From Acidimicrobiia bacterium (GTDB taxonomy: Bacteria > Actinomycetota > Acidimicrobiia > Spongiisociales > UBA5794): a stretch of DNA of 64,000 nucleotides. Positions 36,915 through 46,871 of the stretch are shown one piece after another (positions within the stretch are counted from its first letter, which is position 1; each line of letters begins with the position of its first letter). Both the position numbers and the translations under genes were made by a program. The notes under the pieces were generated by a model. The model saw only the letters and a program-made list of their open reading frames with translations, did not search any database and was not told where the DNA came from. The stretch is taken from contig JBFGCM010000007.1 of NCBI GenBank assembly GCA_041581135.1, positions 1,963 through 65,962 on the forward strand, read 5' to 3'.

Positions 36915-39254
36915 CTACTCCGGCAGCTTGCGTCCCATCCGGCGCCGGAGGCCCCCGAGGCGCTTCTCGTAGAAACCGAGGTCGCCGCTGCCGACGTCGT
37001 CGTCATCGGCAGTCGAGTCGCCGCTGCCCGTAGGCGAGTAGATGGGCGCTTCGTCGGGCCCGTAGAAGTCACGGTCACCATGGGCAGGTCCCATGTACAC
37101 ATGGTCACCCATGGCGGCCTTGCCGGCCTTGCGGACCTCGGCGCTCGGTTCGCTGTCGCCGGAGAGGTCCACGACGACGCGCTCGGCGCCGAAGCCACCG
37201 GACGCATCGTCGCCGTTGTCGGCCGTGTCCGCTGCCATCTCCGCAGGAGTGTCCTCTGCGATCTCTGCGGCCGTGTCCTCTTCCGAGGAAGCCACTGCGG
37301 CCTCGTCGTCGCGGTCGGGCGGCCTCACGGCGGAGCGGAAGGCATCGATGTCCTCCAGGCCACGTGACTCCAGGTCGACCAGATCTGCAATCGCCGTGAT
37401 CTCGTCACCTGAGCCGGCGATCGTCGACCGGAAACGAGATTCGACATCCCGCACCGCCGTGCGCAGCTGGGCCAGACGTCGACTGACCTTCTCCAGCTGG
37501 GCGCGCCCAGCGGCGTCCTCGGAGGCGAGCTGGGCCTGTGCCCGTTCGAGCACGTCGGCCGCCTCGGCATCAGCTTCGGACCGAATCGTCGCCGCAGCGT
37601 CGTCGGCTTCCCGCCGCACGGTGGCGGCACGCTGCTCCGCCTCAGTCACGATCTCAGCGGCGCGCGCCTCTGCGTCAGCGAGTTCGTTGGACGCCTGTGA
37701 CCGGAGACCGGCAGCGCGAGCCTCGGCGGCCGCAAGCACTTCCTCGGCCTTGACCTCGACTTCCGACGTCATGGATTCGGCCTTGGCCTCGGCGTCGCGC
37801 ACCAGCTGGGCCGCCTCCGCGTCGGCACGCTCGGTGATCTCCTTCGCTGCGGTCTCGGCCTCTTCGCGCAGTTCCTTCGCCCGCTCCTCGGCGGCCCCGA
37901 TGATGGAGGATGCCTGCTCGCTGGCTTCGGCTTCGATGGAGTTGGCGGCGGCCATCTTGCGCTCGATGACCTCCGACGCCTCGGCCCTGGCGGCGGCGAG
38001 CTCACGATTCACCTCGACGCGGAGCGCATCCATCTCGGCGGCGGCCTCGTCACGGATCTTCTCGGTGTCCTTGCTGGCCGCAGACAGGCGTTTGGACGCC
38101 TCGTCCTCATAGATGGCGGCACGCTTGGCCGACTGCTCGGCTTCCTCCATCAGCAGAGAGCGGCGCTCGTCGATCTCTTGCTCTGCCACCGCCCGGAGCT
38201 CCTCGATCTCGGCCAGCGCCGCGGCGCGATCGCGTTCCGATGCCTCGAAGCGCTCCCGGCCCTCTGCCTTGGCCTCGTCGATGAGCTCCTGCGCCTTGGT
38301 TCTGGCGTCGGCGAGCGCAGCCTCGGCCTCACGCTCCATGGAGGCGATGCGCGCCGTGGTCTCGGCGGCCGCCTCCTCAGCGTTGCGTTGGGCGTCGGTC
38401 AGGAGCTTCTCACCCCTGCTCGCCGCCTCGTCACGGAGGCGTGCCGCCTCGGCACGAGCCGCGTCCCGGATCTGGGCGGCTTCCTCTTCGGCATCGACCA
38501 CGGCCTGCTCAGCAGCCTTCCGCTGTGCGGCGACACCGTCGAGGAGCGACGCCCGCTCGGACTCGACACTCGACAGCCGCTCGGTGCGGAGCTGGGCCGC
38601 CTCGACACGAGCCGACGAGACGATCGACTCGGCCTCCTTCCGAGCCGCTTCCACGGCGTCGGCGGCCTCTTCGAGCTGTGCCTTGACCTCGGCCAGCATG
38701 GCCTCGCGCTCCGCCTTGGCGGACTCATCGAGGCCGGCCGTGTCGGCGACGGCCTGGCGAGCGTTGAGGCGAATCTCGTCGGCTTCGACCAGAGCCTTGC
38801 GCCGGATCTCCTCGGCTTCCTCGCGGTGGGAGGCGGCATCCTGCTCGGCGGCCGCTCGCATCGAAGCGATGCGCGCCGTCGCCTCGGAATGCACCCGCCT
38901 GGCCTCGTCGAGGCGAGCCGCAACCTCCTGTGCGCTGCGCTCACGCAGCTCTTCGATCTCGTTCGCCGCCTCGCGGCGCAGCGACGCCGCCTCTGCCTCC
39001 GCCCGCTCCAAGATCTCTTCCTTGGTACGCACTGCGTCGACGATGGTCTCCTGGATCGAATCCTCGTTGCGTCGCGCCTCGGCGACCTTCCCCTCGAGTT
39101 CGTCGACGAGCCTGCGCAGTGCGTTCAGCTCTTGTTCATAGGCGCGAAGAACGCGAACCGACCTGTTCTGAAACTCGCGGACTTCGTCCTGGTCGTAGCC
39201 GCGGCGCGCCTCGGTGAAACGCGTCGCATCGGCTTGGTAAGACGTGAATTCCAT
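36915..39254 (-). CDS. very long DivIVA-domain coiled-coil protein (779 aa)
   Basis: N-terminal F...RRGYDQDEV..F DivIVA motif, long Ala/Glu/Arg coiled coil, position downstream of sepF-yggT. Confidence 0.85.
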   Translation of the reverse strand: MEFTSYQADATRFTEARRGYDQDEVREFQNRSVRVLRAYEQELNALRRLVDELEGKVAEARRNEDSIQETIVDAVRTKEEILERAEAEAASLRREAANEIEELRERSAQEVAARLDEARRVHSEATARIASMRAAAEQDAASHREEAEEIRRKALVEADEIRLNARQAVADTAGLDESAKAEREAMLAEVKAQLEEAADAVEAARKEAESIVSSARVEAAQLRTERLSSVESERASLLDGVAAQRKAAEQAVVDAEEEAAQIRDAARAEAARLRDEAASRGEKLLTDAQRNAEEAAAETTARIASMEREAEAALADARTKAQELIDEAKAEGRERFEASERDRAAALAEIEELRAVAEQEIDERRSLLMEEAEQSAKRAAIYEDEASKRLSAASKDTEKIRDEAAAEMDALRVEVNRELAAARAEASEVIERKMAAANSIEAEASEQASSIIGAAEERAKELREEAETAAKEITERADAEAAQLVRDAEAKAESMTSEVEVKAEEVLAAAEARAAGLRSQASNELADAEARAAEIVTEAEQRAATVRREADDAAATIRSEADAEAADVLERAQAQLASEDAAGRAQLEKVSRRLAQLRTAVRDVESRFRSTIAGSGDEITAIADLVDLESRGLEDIDAFRSAVRPPDRDDEAAVASSEEDTAAEIAEDTPAEMAADTADNGDDASGGFGAERVVVDLSGDSEPSAEVRKAGKAAMGDHVYMGPAHGDRDFYGPDEAPIYSPTGSGDSTADDDDVGSGDLGFYEKRLGGLRRRMGRKLPE

Positions 39255-39399
39255 GACGACGCATCGTAGCGGTTCACGACTGACGGTGCTCCCGGGTGCG
39301 GTGGCCGCGAGACCGCATCGGGTGACCCGGCGCGACCTTCGGCGCCGCTGTCCGCCGCAGAGCGACGCGAACGGCTTCTGGCTGCGATTGGAGGTCCGG

Positions 39400-40206
39400 C
39401 TACTTCGTGGCGACGAAGACGACGAAACCGTCGGCCGACGTCGCCGGTCGCCGCTCGTGCTCACCGTGAACCACGACGTCGCCGAACCCGGCCCGTTCCA
39501 ACATCAGGAGCATCTCGGGCACGAAGTACAGGCCGATGTCGAGCGTGTGACGCTCCTCGGCCTCCATGACACCGTCCCGCCAGCGCCGAGCGTGCATCTC
39601 CAGCCGCACCCGCTGCGCCAGCGGATCGAGGTCGAGTATCCGGCTGGTGAGGGCATACTCCGCCCCATCAGCGGCGCGCCGTCGCCGGTGCGGTAGCTCG
39701 GCTACCTCCACCTCGGGCAGCTGGGCCCGCCGCTCGGCGAGCCAGTACGGCCACTGCCGGGGGTCGGCGTAGGGGACCTCCATGTCGACCAAGAGTGTGC
39801 CGCCGGGCTCGAGATGCTCGTGGAAGCGAGCCAGTGCCATGGCATCCGATTCCCTGGTGCTCCCGAGCCCGAACGCACCGCACACGTAGATGGTGCGGTA
39901 CCGGCGCCGCGGCGGTGGCGCATGCAACGGTTGTACGTACAGGGCCGGGGTGAGACCCTCGGCCGCCGCCTTGCGGCGGCAGGCCTCGACCATGTCGGCA
40001 GACACGTCGGTGCCATCTATGTCGAGCCCGGCCCGCACGAACGGAATGAGCAGCCGCCCGGTGCCGCATCCTGCGTCGAGCGCAGGCTGACCACGCTCGA
40101 CGAACGACCGGAAGTAGGGGATCTCGTGGGGGCGGAAGTCGTCGTTGAACTCGGCCCACCAGGCGGCGACGAGGCCGTGGTGCCAAGTCTGGGGGGAGTC
40201 GGCCAT
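39400..40206 (-). CDS. class I SAM-dependent methyltransferase
   Basis: LDAGCGTGR, G.DVS..M, HLEPGG.L. Confidence 0.9.
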   Translation of the reverse strand: MADSPQTWHHGLVAAWWAEFNDDFRPHEIPYFRSFVERGQPALDAGCGTGRLLIPFVRAGLDIDGTDVSADMVEACRRKAAAEGLTPALYVQPLHAPPPRRRYRTIYVCGAFGLGSTRESDAMALARFHEHLEPGGTLLVDMEVPYADPRQWPYWLAERRAQLPEVEVAELPHRRRRAADGAEYALTSRILDLDPLAQRVRLEMHARRWRDGVMEAEERHTLDIGLYFVPEMLLMLERAGFGDVVVHGEHERRPATSADGFVVFVATK

Positions 40207-40264
40207 CGGGTCCTCGGCTCGGTCTGCCGCCGACCCTACCCAAGCGGCTCCTACGGTCGATGCC

Positions 40265-40531
40265 TCAGCGGCAGATCACCGCAGCCAGCAGCTGGATGCC
40301 GATGATCAGCACGAGCGGTGAGAGGTCGAGACCGGCGTTGCCCATGCGAACGGCAGGCAAGACGGAACGGATAGGCCGCAAAACCGGCTCGAAGCCCCTC
40401 GCAAGTACGTCGTATGCCTTGCGCACCGGATGCCCCCACGGCACTCGGCCCAACGCCACCACCCAGCCCAGCACGATCCACACCAGCAGCGCGATCGAGA
40501 TGATCGAGAGGATCTGGCAGATGACCGTCAC
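40265..40531 (-). CDS. YggT/SepG-family membrane protein
   Basis: EPVLRPIR..LP...G..GLDLSPLV; follows sepF. Confidence 0.9.
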   Translation of the reverse strand: MTVICQILSIISIALLVWIVLGWVVALGRVPWGHPVRKAYDVLARGFEPVLRPIRSVLPAVRMGNAGLDLSPLVLIIGIQLLAAVICR

Positions 40532-40535
40532 CGAA

Positions 40536-41198
40536 TCAGCCGAGGTCGCGGGCTTCGTACAGCCCGAGTTCCGAAAGCCGCTGCAGCTCCTCCACCGTCA
40601 TGGCGACGCCTTGCGGCGATACGAGGATCACGCCCTGTCCGATCTTGCGCATGCTGCCGTCGAGGGCGTAGGTCAGCCCCGACGAGAAGTCCACCAGGCG
40701 ACGCACCATCGCCGGCTCCGTGTAGCGGAGATCGAGCACGACGGGGATGCCGTCACGTAGATGGTCGGCGAGTTGTTGGGCATCGGAGAACTTGGTGGCG
40801 GTGATGACCTTCGACTGGACGTCGGCCGACGGGCCGGCGGCTCGGGCCTGCGCCGCCGCCCTGCGCCGCGCCGTGGAGCTCTCGCCTTCGTGCATGTCGG
40901 TCACGAGCACCCCGGCCTCGGCGTGCACGGGATTGGTCGACATCCGGCGCCGCTGCTGGGCGGGTGGTTCCACCCGCCGGCCGGGTACGGAGCCGCGGGT
41001 GCGTGGAGCCACGGTGGTGCGCTCGTCCTGCGGCGGCTCGGGCGACCGGTAGGTCTGTGCCGGCGCCGCCTCGGGTTCGACGGTGCGGACCGCGGCCTGT
41101 GAGGCGGGCCGGGGTTCCTCGGCTTGCGCGACTGCTTCTATCTGCTCCTCGTCGACGAGACCGAGGTAGAAGAGCGTCTTCTGCCAGATCGATGCCAT
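40536..41198 (-). CDS. sepF: cell division protein SepF
   Basis: N-terminal amphipathic [10 protein letters not shown]; C-terminal [15 protein letters not shown]. Confidence 0.93.
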   Translation of the reverse strand: MASIWQKTLFYLGLVDEEQIEAVAQAEEPRPASQAAVRTVEPEAAPAQTYRSPEPPQDERTTVAPRTRGSVPGRRVEPPAQQRRRMSTNPVHAEAGVLVTDMHEGESSTARRRAAAQARAAGPSADVQSKVITATKFSDAQQLADHLRDGIPVVLDLRYTEPAMVRRLVDFSSGLTYALDGSMRKIGQGVILVSPQGVAMTVEELQRLSELGLYEARDLG

Positions 41199-41213
41199 GG
41201 GACGGATCCTGAG

Positions 41214-41891
41214 TCAGTGTGCCTCTGCAGAGGTGTCGTTACGAGGTCCAAAGATAGCCCGTCCGACGCGCACGATCGTTGATCCTCGTTCCACCGCTGT
41301 CTCGAAGTCCTCGGTCATCCCCATCGACAGTTCGCGGAGGCCGGGGAAATCCGCCGCCAACTCGTCGCGGAGCGCCGCCAAGGCGTCGAACCAGCGACCG
41401 GACTCGGCCGGATCGTAGGGAGGAATCGTCATCAGACCGCGTACGTCGAGTCCGAGCGCCACCATCGCGTCGAGAGTCGCTCGCGTCGCGTCCGGGGCGA
41501 CGCCGTGCTTCGCCGGGTCGGCACCGATGTTCACCTGGAGGAGCACCGGTGGTGGTGGTCCCGGGCCCTTGAGCCAGGCTGCGCCGAGCTCGACGCGATC
41601 CATCGAGTGGAGCAGACGCACCACGGGTCGCACCTTCCTCACCTTGTTGCGCTGCAGCGGACCGATGAAGTGCCACTCGATGTCGCCGGGCGCCACGCCG
41701 ACCTTGTCGGCAAGCTCTTGGGCCCTGCTCTCACCGAAGACACGGTGACCGGCCTCGTAGGCCTCTGCGATGGCGTCCCCGGAGTGCCCCTTGGAGACGG
41801 CGACCAGCGTGACGTCACCCGGGGCGCGCCCGACGCGCCTGGCGGCGGCGGCGATCCGCTCCTGGACCGCCTTCAGCCGATCGGCAACCAT
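41214..41891 (-). CDS. yggS: YggS family PLP-homeostasis protein
   Basis: [38 protein letters not shown]. Confidence 0.95.
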   Translation of the reverse strand: MVADRLKAVQERIAAAARRVGRAPGDVTLVAVSKGHSGDAIAEAYEAGHRVFGESRAQELADKVGVAPGDIEWHFIGPLQRNKVRKVRPVVRLLHSMDRVELGAAWLKGPGPPPPVLLQVNIGADPAKHGVAPDATRATLDAMVALGLDVRGLMTIPPYDPAESGRWFDALAALRDELAADFPGLRELSMGMTEDFETAVERGSTIVRVGRAIFGPRNDTSAEAH

Positions 41892-42499
41892 GCCACCGCC
41901 ACCTGCCGCGCTTCGGTGCCGTTGCGGCGATGCGATGCGAGATCCTCGCCACAGCTCGTGCACGCCTCGCTGGTCCACACGTCCAACCCGTCGAGCTGGG
42001 CGGTGACGGCGGCCACCAGGTCCACGCTCCTCGTGTCCCACGTGGTCGCCGCCACGTGCTCGGGGAACCGATCCGCCACCTCGTCACCGACCTCATAGCA
42101 GCACGGTCCGATGGCCGGCCCGATGGCGGCCCGAGCCGGCTCGAGACGATGGTCGGCGATGACCTCGAGGGCACGGGCCACCACTCCGGCCGCGGCACCA
42201 CGCCAGCCGGCATGGATGGCGGCCACGAAGCCGTCGCCCTCGACGAGCACAGGAACGCAGTCGGCCGTGAGCACCGCCACCGGAAGACCCGGCGTTCGAG
42301 TGATGAGCGCATCGGCGTCGCCGGCAAGACCGGCCCCGTCGACGACGACCACCCGATCGCCGTGCACCTGACGAACCGTCGCCCACCCCTCCGGGATGCC
42401 GAGCCGAGAGGCCAGCCGACGCTGCACCGCGGCGGATCGCCCGTTTCCGTCTGCTGCCGTGGAGAACGCAGCGCCCCGGAAACCGGGCGGGCGTATCAT
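41873..42499 (-). CDS. pgeF: PgeF/YfiH-family protein
   Basis: [28 protein letters not shown]. Confidence 0.92.
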   Translation of the reverse strand: MIRPPGFRGAAFSTAADGNGRSAAVQRRLASRLGIPEGWATVRQVHGDRVVVVDGAGLAGDADALITRTPGLPVAVLTADCVPVLVEGDGFVAAIHAGWRGAAAGVVARALEVIADHRLEPARAAIGPAIGPCCYEVGDEVADRFPEHVAATTWDTRSVDLVAAVTAQLDGLDVWTSEACTSCGEDLASHRRNGTEARQVAVAWLPIG

Positions 42500-43563
42500 C
42501 CCTGGACGAAGCCCGGGATCTCGACGTCGTCGTCGTCGTCGGCGGGAGCCACAGGCACCGGCTCCAGTGGCTGCGTGGTCCCGGTTGCAGTACGGCGCTG
42601 CCTGCGTTCCCGATCGAACCCGGCGGCGATGACGGTGACACGCATCTCGTCGCCGAGTGAGTCGTCGACGATGGCGCCGAAGATGATGTTGGCATCCGGG
42701 TCGCTCGCGTCGGCGATCATCGATGCGGCGGTGCTCACCTCGTGCAACGTCATGTCCGCCGGACCGGACAGCGAGAGCAGGACGCCCCGCGCGCCCTCCA
42801 TGTTGGTCTCCAGCAGAGGGCTCGAGATTGCCTTCTCCGCAGCCTGTTCGGCGCGATGCTCACCGGAGGAGTGACCGATGCCCATGACCGCCGACCCGGC
42901 GTCGGTCATCACAGCCTTGACGTCTGCAAAGTCCACGTTGATGAGACCGGGGGTCGTGATCAGATCGGTGATGCCGCGCACACCCGAGGTCAGCACCTCG
43001 TCGGCCATGCGGAAGGCGTCGATGACGGGGGTCTTCGGTTCCGCGATCTCTAGCAGCCGCTCGTTGGGGATGATGATGAGCGTGTCCACCGCGGTCTTGA
43101 GGCTCTGGATGCCCTGTTCGGCCTGGACCGAGCGACGCCGGCCTTCGAAGCCGAATGGGCGCGTCACCACGCCGACGGTCAACGCTCCGAGGGTACGAGC
43201 GATCTCGGCGACGACGGGGGCGCCACCGGTTCCGGTGCCACCGCCTTCGCCGGCCGTGATGAAGACCATGTCGGCACCCTTGAGGGCCTCTTCGATCTCG
43301 TCGCGATGCGCTTCGGCGGCCCCCTCGCCCACGTCGGGATCTGCGCCGGCGCCGAGGCCGCGGGTGGCATCGCGGCCGATGTCGAGCTTCACGTCGGCAT
43401 CCGACATGAGCAACGCCTGGGCATCGGTGTTGATGGCGACGAACTCGACGCCGCCGACGCCGGCATCGACCATGCGATTCACCGCGTTGACACCGCCACC
43501 GCCGACGCCGACCACTTTGATCACTGCGAGGTAGTTCTGCGGGCTCCGGTTGTCATTGGTCAT
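42496..43563 (-). CDS. ftsZ: cell division protein FtsZ
   Basis: [25 protein letters not shown] tubulin motif, INVDFADV, C-terminal DVEIPGF. Confidence 0.99.
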   Translation of the reverse strand: MTNDNRSPQNYLAVIKVVGVGGGGVNAVNRMVDAGVGGVEFVAINTDAQALLMSDADVKLDIGRDATRGLGAGADPDVGEGAAEAHRDEIEEALKGADMVFITAGEGGGTGTGGAPVVAEIARTLGALTVGVVTRPFGFEGRRRSVQAEQGIQSLKTAVDTLIIIPNERLLEIAEPKTPVIDAFRMADEVLTSGVRGITDLITTPGLINVDFADVKAVMTDAGSAVMGIGHSSGEHRAEQAAEKAISSPLLETNMEGARGVLLSLSGPADMTLHEVSTAASMIADASDPDANIIFGAIVDDSLGDEMRVTVIAAGFDRERRQRRTATGTTQPLEPVPVAPADDDDDVEIPGFVQG

Positions 43564-43773
43564 CGGTCTCCACTCCTGATCGATCTTCACCGCCGGTCAC
43601 GAACCGGACATCGACCCCTCGTGCATCGGCCGGGTTCCCTTTGCATCGCCTGCGCCGGCCGAGCAGCTCGAGAGGCAGGACTCGCCGATCTCCTCGATAC
43701 GGGGAGTCGGTGAGGCTGCCGCGCTGCCAACAAGCGTACTGCATTGGTCGAGGGTGGCACAAGACACAAAGTC

Positions 43774-43814
43774 TCACCTTCTAGTTGAAGATGATGTCCT
43801 CGTTGAAGAGGATG
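43774..43814. promoter_or_regulatory. candidate ftsZ operator (imperfect palindrome plus direct repeat)
   Basis: TCACCTTC-N5-GAAGATGA inverted repeat (43774-43794) and GTTGAAGA(T/G)GATG twice, 18 bp apart. Confidence 0.5.
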
Positions 43815-43831
43815 ATTGCGCAGGTCGGCGC

Positions 43832-44584
43832 TCAGCCCACCGGCTCGATGACGGCCGGCCGCCACGGAGACAGCAGGTCGATGGCGGCCCCCTCGGTGAG
43901 GCCCTGGTCGAGGAGGGCGGTGAGTGCGACCGCCTTGTCCGCCATGTCGGTGGGCCCACCGAGGCGCACTTCGTGACCGGCGACCGTGGCGAAGATGCCT
44001 TGGGGCCGGCCCGTCACGACGGCGTCGGGATCGCCGAGCGTGTGCAGGAACTCGATGGCGCCGAGAGCGGCGGGATCGTCCAGGCTGGTCCCGACCGCCG
44101 CCGCCAGGGCGATCTCGACGACGGGCAGCGTGGTGTCCGGCGGGGCGTCCGCGAGTGGCGCCGACTCCAGCACTGCACCGGACGCCGCCACCAAGAACCA
44201 CGAGTCCGTGGCTCGCAGCCACGCGGCCGGCACATGCTCGAGCACCTCCACCTCGACCGTGTCCGGCCAGACCACGCGTACGGCTGCCACCGCAACCCAC
44301 GGGTCGGCCTCGAGGTCCTCCTCGACGGCATCGGCGTTGATGGAGATGAGCGGGCGACCCACCGCCACTCCCGAGGCACCGAGCCGGTCGTCGACCGTGG
44401 ACCTGGCGACTCCGGACACCGCGATCCGCTCGACGGACAGGACCGGCGACTGCAGCAACCAGGCGACGCCTCCGACGAGGAGCGCCGCCACCAACAGCCA
44501 CAGCGTCCACTTGAGCCGGCGCCGCGCCGTAGCCTCCCTGACGCTGCGGCGTCGTGCAGCGATGCGCTCGTCCATCACGGTCAT
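43832..44584 (-). CDS. ftsQ: cell division protein FtsQ/DivIB
   Basis: Basic N-terminus, one TM, POTRA domain (PWV..A.V...WPDTV.V.V.E); lies between murB and ftsZ. Confidence 0.9.
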   Translation of the reverse strand: MTVMDERIAARRRSVREATARRRLKWTLWLLVAALLVGGVAWLLQSPVLSVERIAVSGVARSTVDDRLGASGVAVGRPLISINADAVEEDLEADPWVAVAAVRVVWPDTVEVEVLEHVPAAWLRATDSWFLVAASGAVLESAPLADAPPDTTLPVVEIALAAAVGTSLDDPAALGAIEFLHTLGDPDAVVTGRPQGIFATVAGHEVRLGGPTDMADKAVALTALLDQGLTEGAAIDLLSPWRPAVIEPVG

Positions 44585-45501
44585 GGAAGGTCCTGGTCGA
44601 GGGATCGACGGAATGAACCGGCAAAACCTACTTCCGGCTCGAGCCAGATCCCGGTTTCCTCACCGACGCGGCGCCGCACGGCCCAGACGAGATCGAAGAT
44701 GTCTTGGGCGGGGGCGCCCTGCTCGGCAACGAAGAAATTGGCGTGTTTGCGCGACACCGAGGCTCCACCCCGGCGGAACCCCTTCAGGCCGAGCTCGTCG
44801 ATGAGCTTGCCGGCAGCCACCTCCGGCGGGTTCTTGAAGACGCTGCCGGCATTGAAGGTGCCGCCCGGCTGATGGTCTCGCCGCCATGCCGTGATCTCCC
44901 GCAAGAGTGCTTCTCCCTCGGGGCGGTCGCGGGCGACGGTGTGGAAACGGGCGGTCGTCACCACCGTCAGCCGATCGATGGACGAGTGGCGATAGCTCAT
45001 GTCGAGATCTTCAGGCCCCTGTGTCGACCATCGTTGGCCGCGGAGGTCGTAGAGGTGGGCGGATTCCAGCCACTCCCGGGTCTCGCTGCCATGGCACCCG
45101 GCGTTCATCCGGACTGCTCCCCCGACCGAGCCGGGGATGCCGACCAGGAACTCGAGACCCCCCCGACTCGCCTTCACCGACTCGCGCGCCACCCTGGGTA
45201 GCGGCACGGCGCCCCCGGCGGTCACGCGGTCGCCGTCGATGGTCACGGCGAGGAAGTCACCGGTCAACCGCACCACGACACCGTTGAAGCCTGCATCGGA
45301 GATCACGAGGTTGCTGCCGCGTCCCAAGATGAGGAGCGAGTGGGGGTCGGTGGCGAGTGTGGCCCCGATGCGCTCCAGGTCGTCCCCGTCGTGCGCTTCG
45401 ACGAAGTATGCCGCCGGTCCGCCGAGCTTGTAGGTGGTGAAGGGGGCGAGCGGCACGCCCTCAGCCGCATATCCGTCTGCAACGAGGTCGGCGAAGCTCA
45501 T
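44581..45501 (-). CDS. murB: UDP-N-acetylenolpyruvoylglucosamine reductase
   Basis: GRGSN, GIPGSVGGAVRMNAG, YRHS, AGSVFKNP, KHANF, LEPE. Confidence 0.96.
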   Translation of the reverse strand: MSFADLVADGYAAEGVPLAPFTTYKLGGPAAYFVEAHDGDDLERIGATLATDPHSLLILGRGSNLVISDAGFNGVVVRLTGDFLAVTIDGDRVTAGGAVPLPRVARESVKASRGGLEFLVGIPGSVGGAVRMNAGCHGSETREWLESAHLYDLRGQRWSTQGPEDLDMSYRHSSIDRLTVVTTARFHTVARDRPEGEALLREITAWRRDHQPGGTFNAGSVFKNPPEVAAGKLIDELGLKGFRRGGASVSRKHANFFVAEQGAPAQDIFDLVWAVRRRVGEETGIWLEPEVGFAGSFRRSLDQDLP

Positions 45502-46871
45502 GTCGCCTTCCCCAGGCGCTCGGCGAATGGCTCGGCGAGCCCCGTGATGTCGCCGGCACCGAGCAGCATCACCAAGTCGCCGGCGGTCACACCTGCCAAC
45601 AGCCGGTCGGGAACGTCGCGCAGCAGCGGCACGTACTCCACCGTGCCACCGGCGGCTTCGACCGCCCGTGCGACGAGGTTGCCGCTGACACCCGGTTCCG
45701 GTGCCTCTCCGGCCGAGTACACATCGGTGACGATGATCCGGTCGGCCCGGGCCAGCGACGACCCGAACTCATCGGCCAGCTCCGCCGTGCGGCTGTAACG
45801 GTGGGGCTGGAACACCGCCCACACCGTTCGCCAGGAGCCGAGCGATGCAGCGTCGAGCGTCGCCTCGATCTCGGTCGGATGGTGGGCGTAGTCGTCCACC
45901 ACGGTGACCCCGCCGATGCGGGCGCGGACTTCGTACCGTCTCCGGACTCCACCGAAGGACTCGAGCCCGGCGGCGGCGGCGCCGACGTCGTACCCCAGCT
46001 CACCCAGTGTGGCAAGGACGCCGGCGGCGTTGCGGGCGATGTGGAGTCCGGGCCGCGGGACGGTGACCTCGTAGGCGGCGTCCGGTCCCTCCAGCCGGAA
46101 TGCCACCTCCCAATTGCCGTGGCGAGGAGCGACGATCCGCCACCGCGCCCCCTCAGTCGTGCCATACGTGCTGGCGCCCGTCCTCGCCGCAAGACGCGCC
46201 GCCGCCGGATCGTCGGCGCAGATGATCACCGGACCCTGGGTGCGGTCGGCGACCTCGGCGAACGCCGCCTCCAGGTTCTCGATCGTCTCGTAGTAATCGA
46301 GGTGGTCGGCCTCGATGTTGGTCACCATGAGCCCACGCAGTGTCAGGCGACGGAAGGTGCCGAATGCCTCGTCGGCTTCGAGCACGAACAACTCGTGTTC
46401 CCCGAGGTGCGCCCCTGTGTTGGCGTCGACGAGTTGCCCTCCCACCAGGAACGTCGGATCGTGGCCCGCGGCGGTGAGCGCCGCCACCGCCAGTGCGGTC
46501 GAGGTCGTCTTCCCGTGAGTCCCGCTGAAGCCGATGGCGGGGAACGAGGCGGTGAAGAGTGCCAGCAGCTCCGGGCGCTCCCACACCGGGATGCCGGTGG
46601 CGGTGGCGGCGACCACTTCGGCGTCACCGCTGGGCACCGCCGAGGAACGGACCACGAGATCGACACCCTGCATTCGGTCCGGCCGATGGCCGAGCCAGGT
46701 GTCGATGCCGAGGTCGCCGAGGGCGTCGAGGACTCGGCCCGGCTTCAGGTCCGATCCAGTCACATCGTGCCCGAGCTGCGCGAGCAGCTTGGCCAGGCCA
46801 CTCATCCCGGCGCCACCCACCCCTATCAGGTGGATGCGGTGGTAATCGGCGAGCGCACGCTCAGCCATCAC
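45498..46871 (-). CDS. murC: UDP-N-acetylmuramate--L-alanine ligase
   Basis: IGVGGAGMS, GTHGKTTS, EADE, DDYAHHPTE, FQPHRYSRT. Confidence 0.96.
   Translation of the reverse strand: MMAERALADYHRIHLIGVGGAGMSGLAKLLAQLGHDVTGSDLKPGRVLDALGDLGIDTWLGHRPDRMQGVDLVVRSSAVPSGDAEVVAATATGIPVWERPELLALFTASFPAIGFSGTHGKTTSTALAVAALTAAGHDPTFLVGGQLVDANTGAHLGEHELFVLEADEAFGTFRRLTLRGLMVTNIEADHLDYYETIENLEAAFAEVADRTQGPVIICADDPAAARLAARTGASTYGTTEGARWRIVAPRHGNWEVAFRLEGPDAAYEVTVPRPGLHIARNAAGVLATLGELGYDVGAAAAGLESFGGVRRRYEVRARIGGVTVVDDYAHHPTEIEATLDAASLGSWRTVWAVFQPHRYSRTAELADEFGSSLARADRIIVTDVYSAGEAPEPGVSGNLVARAVEAAGGTVEYVPLLRDVPDRLLAGVTAGDLVMLLGAGDITGLAEPFAERLGKAT

Noticed and set aside
42496-44584. Missing ftsA between ftsQ and ftsZ
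   Set aside because: Normal for actinobacteria, where SepF anchors FtsZ.
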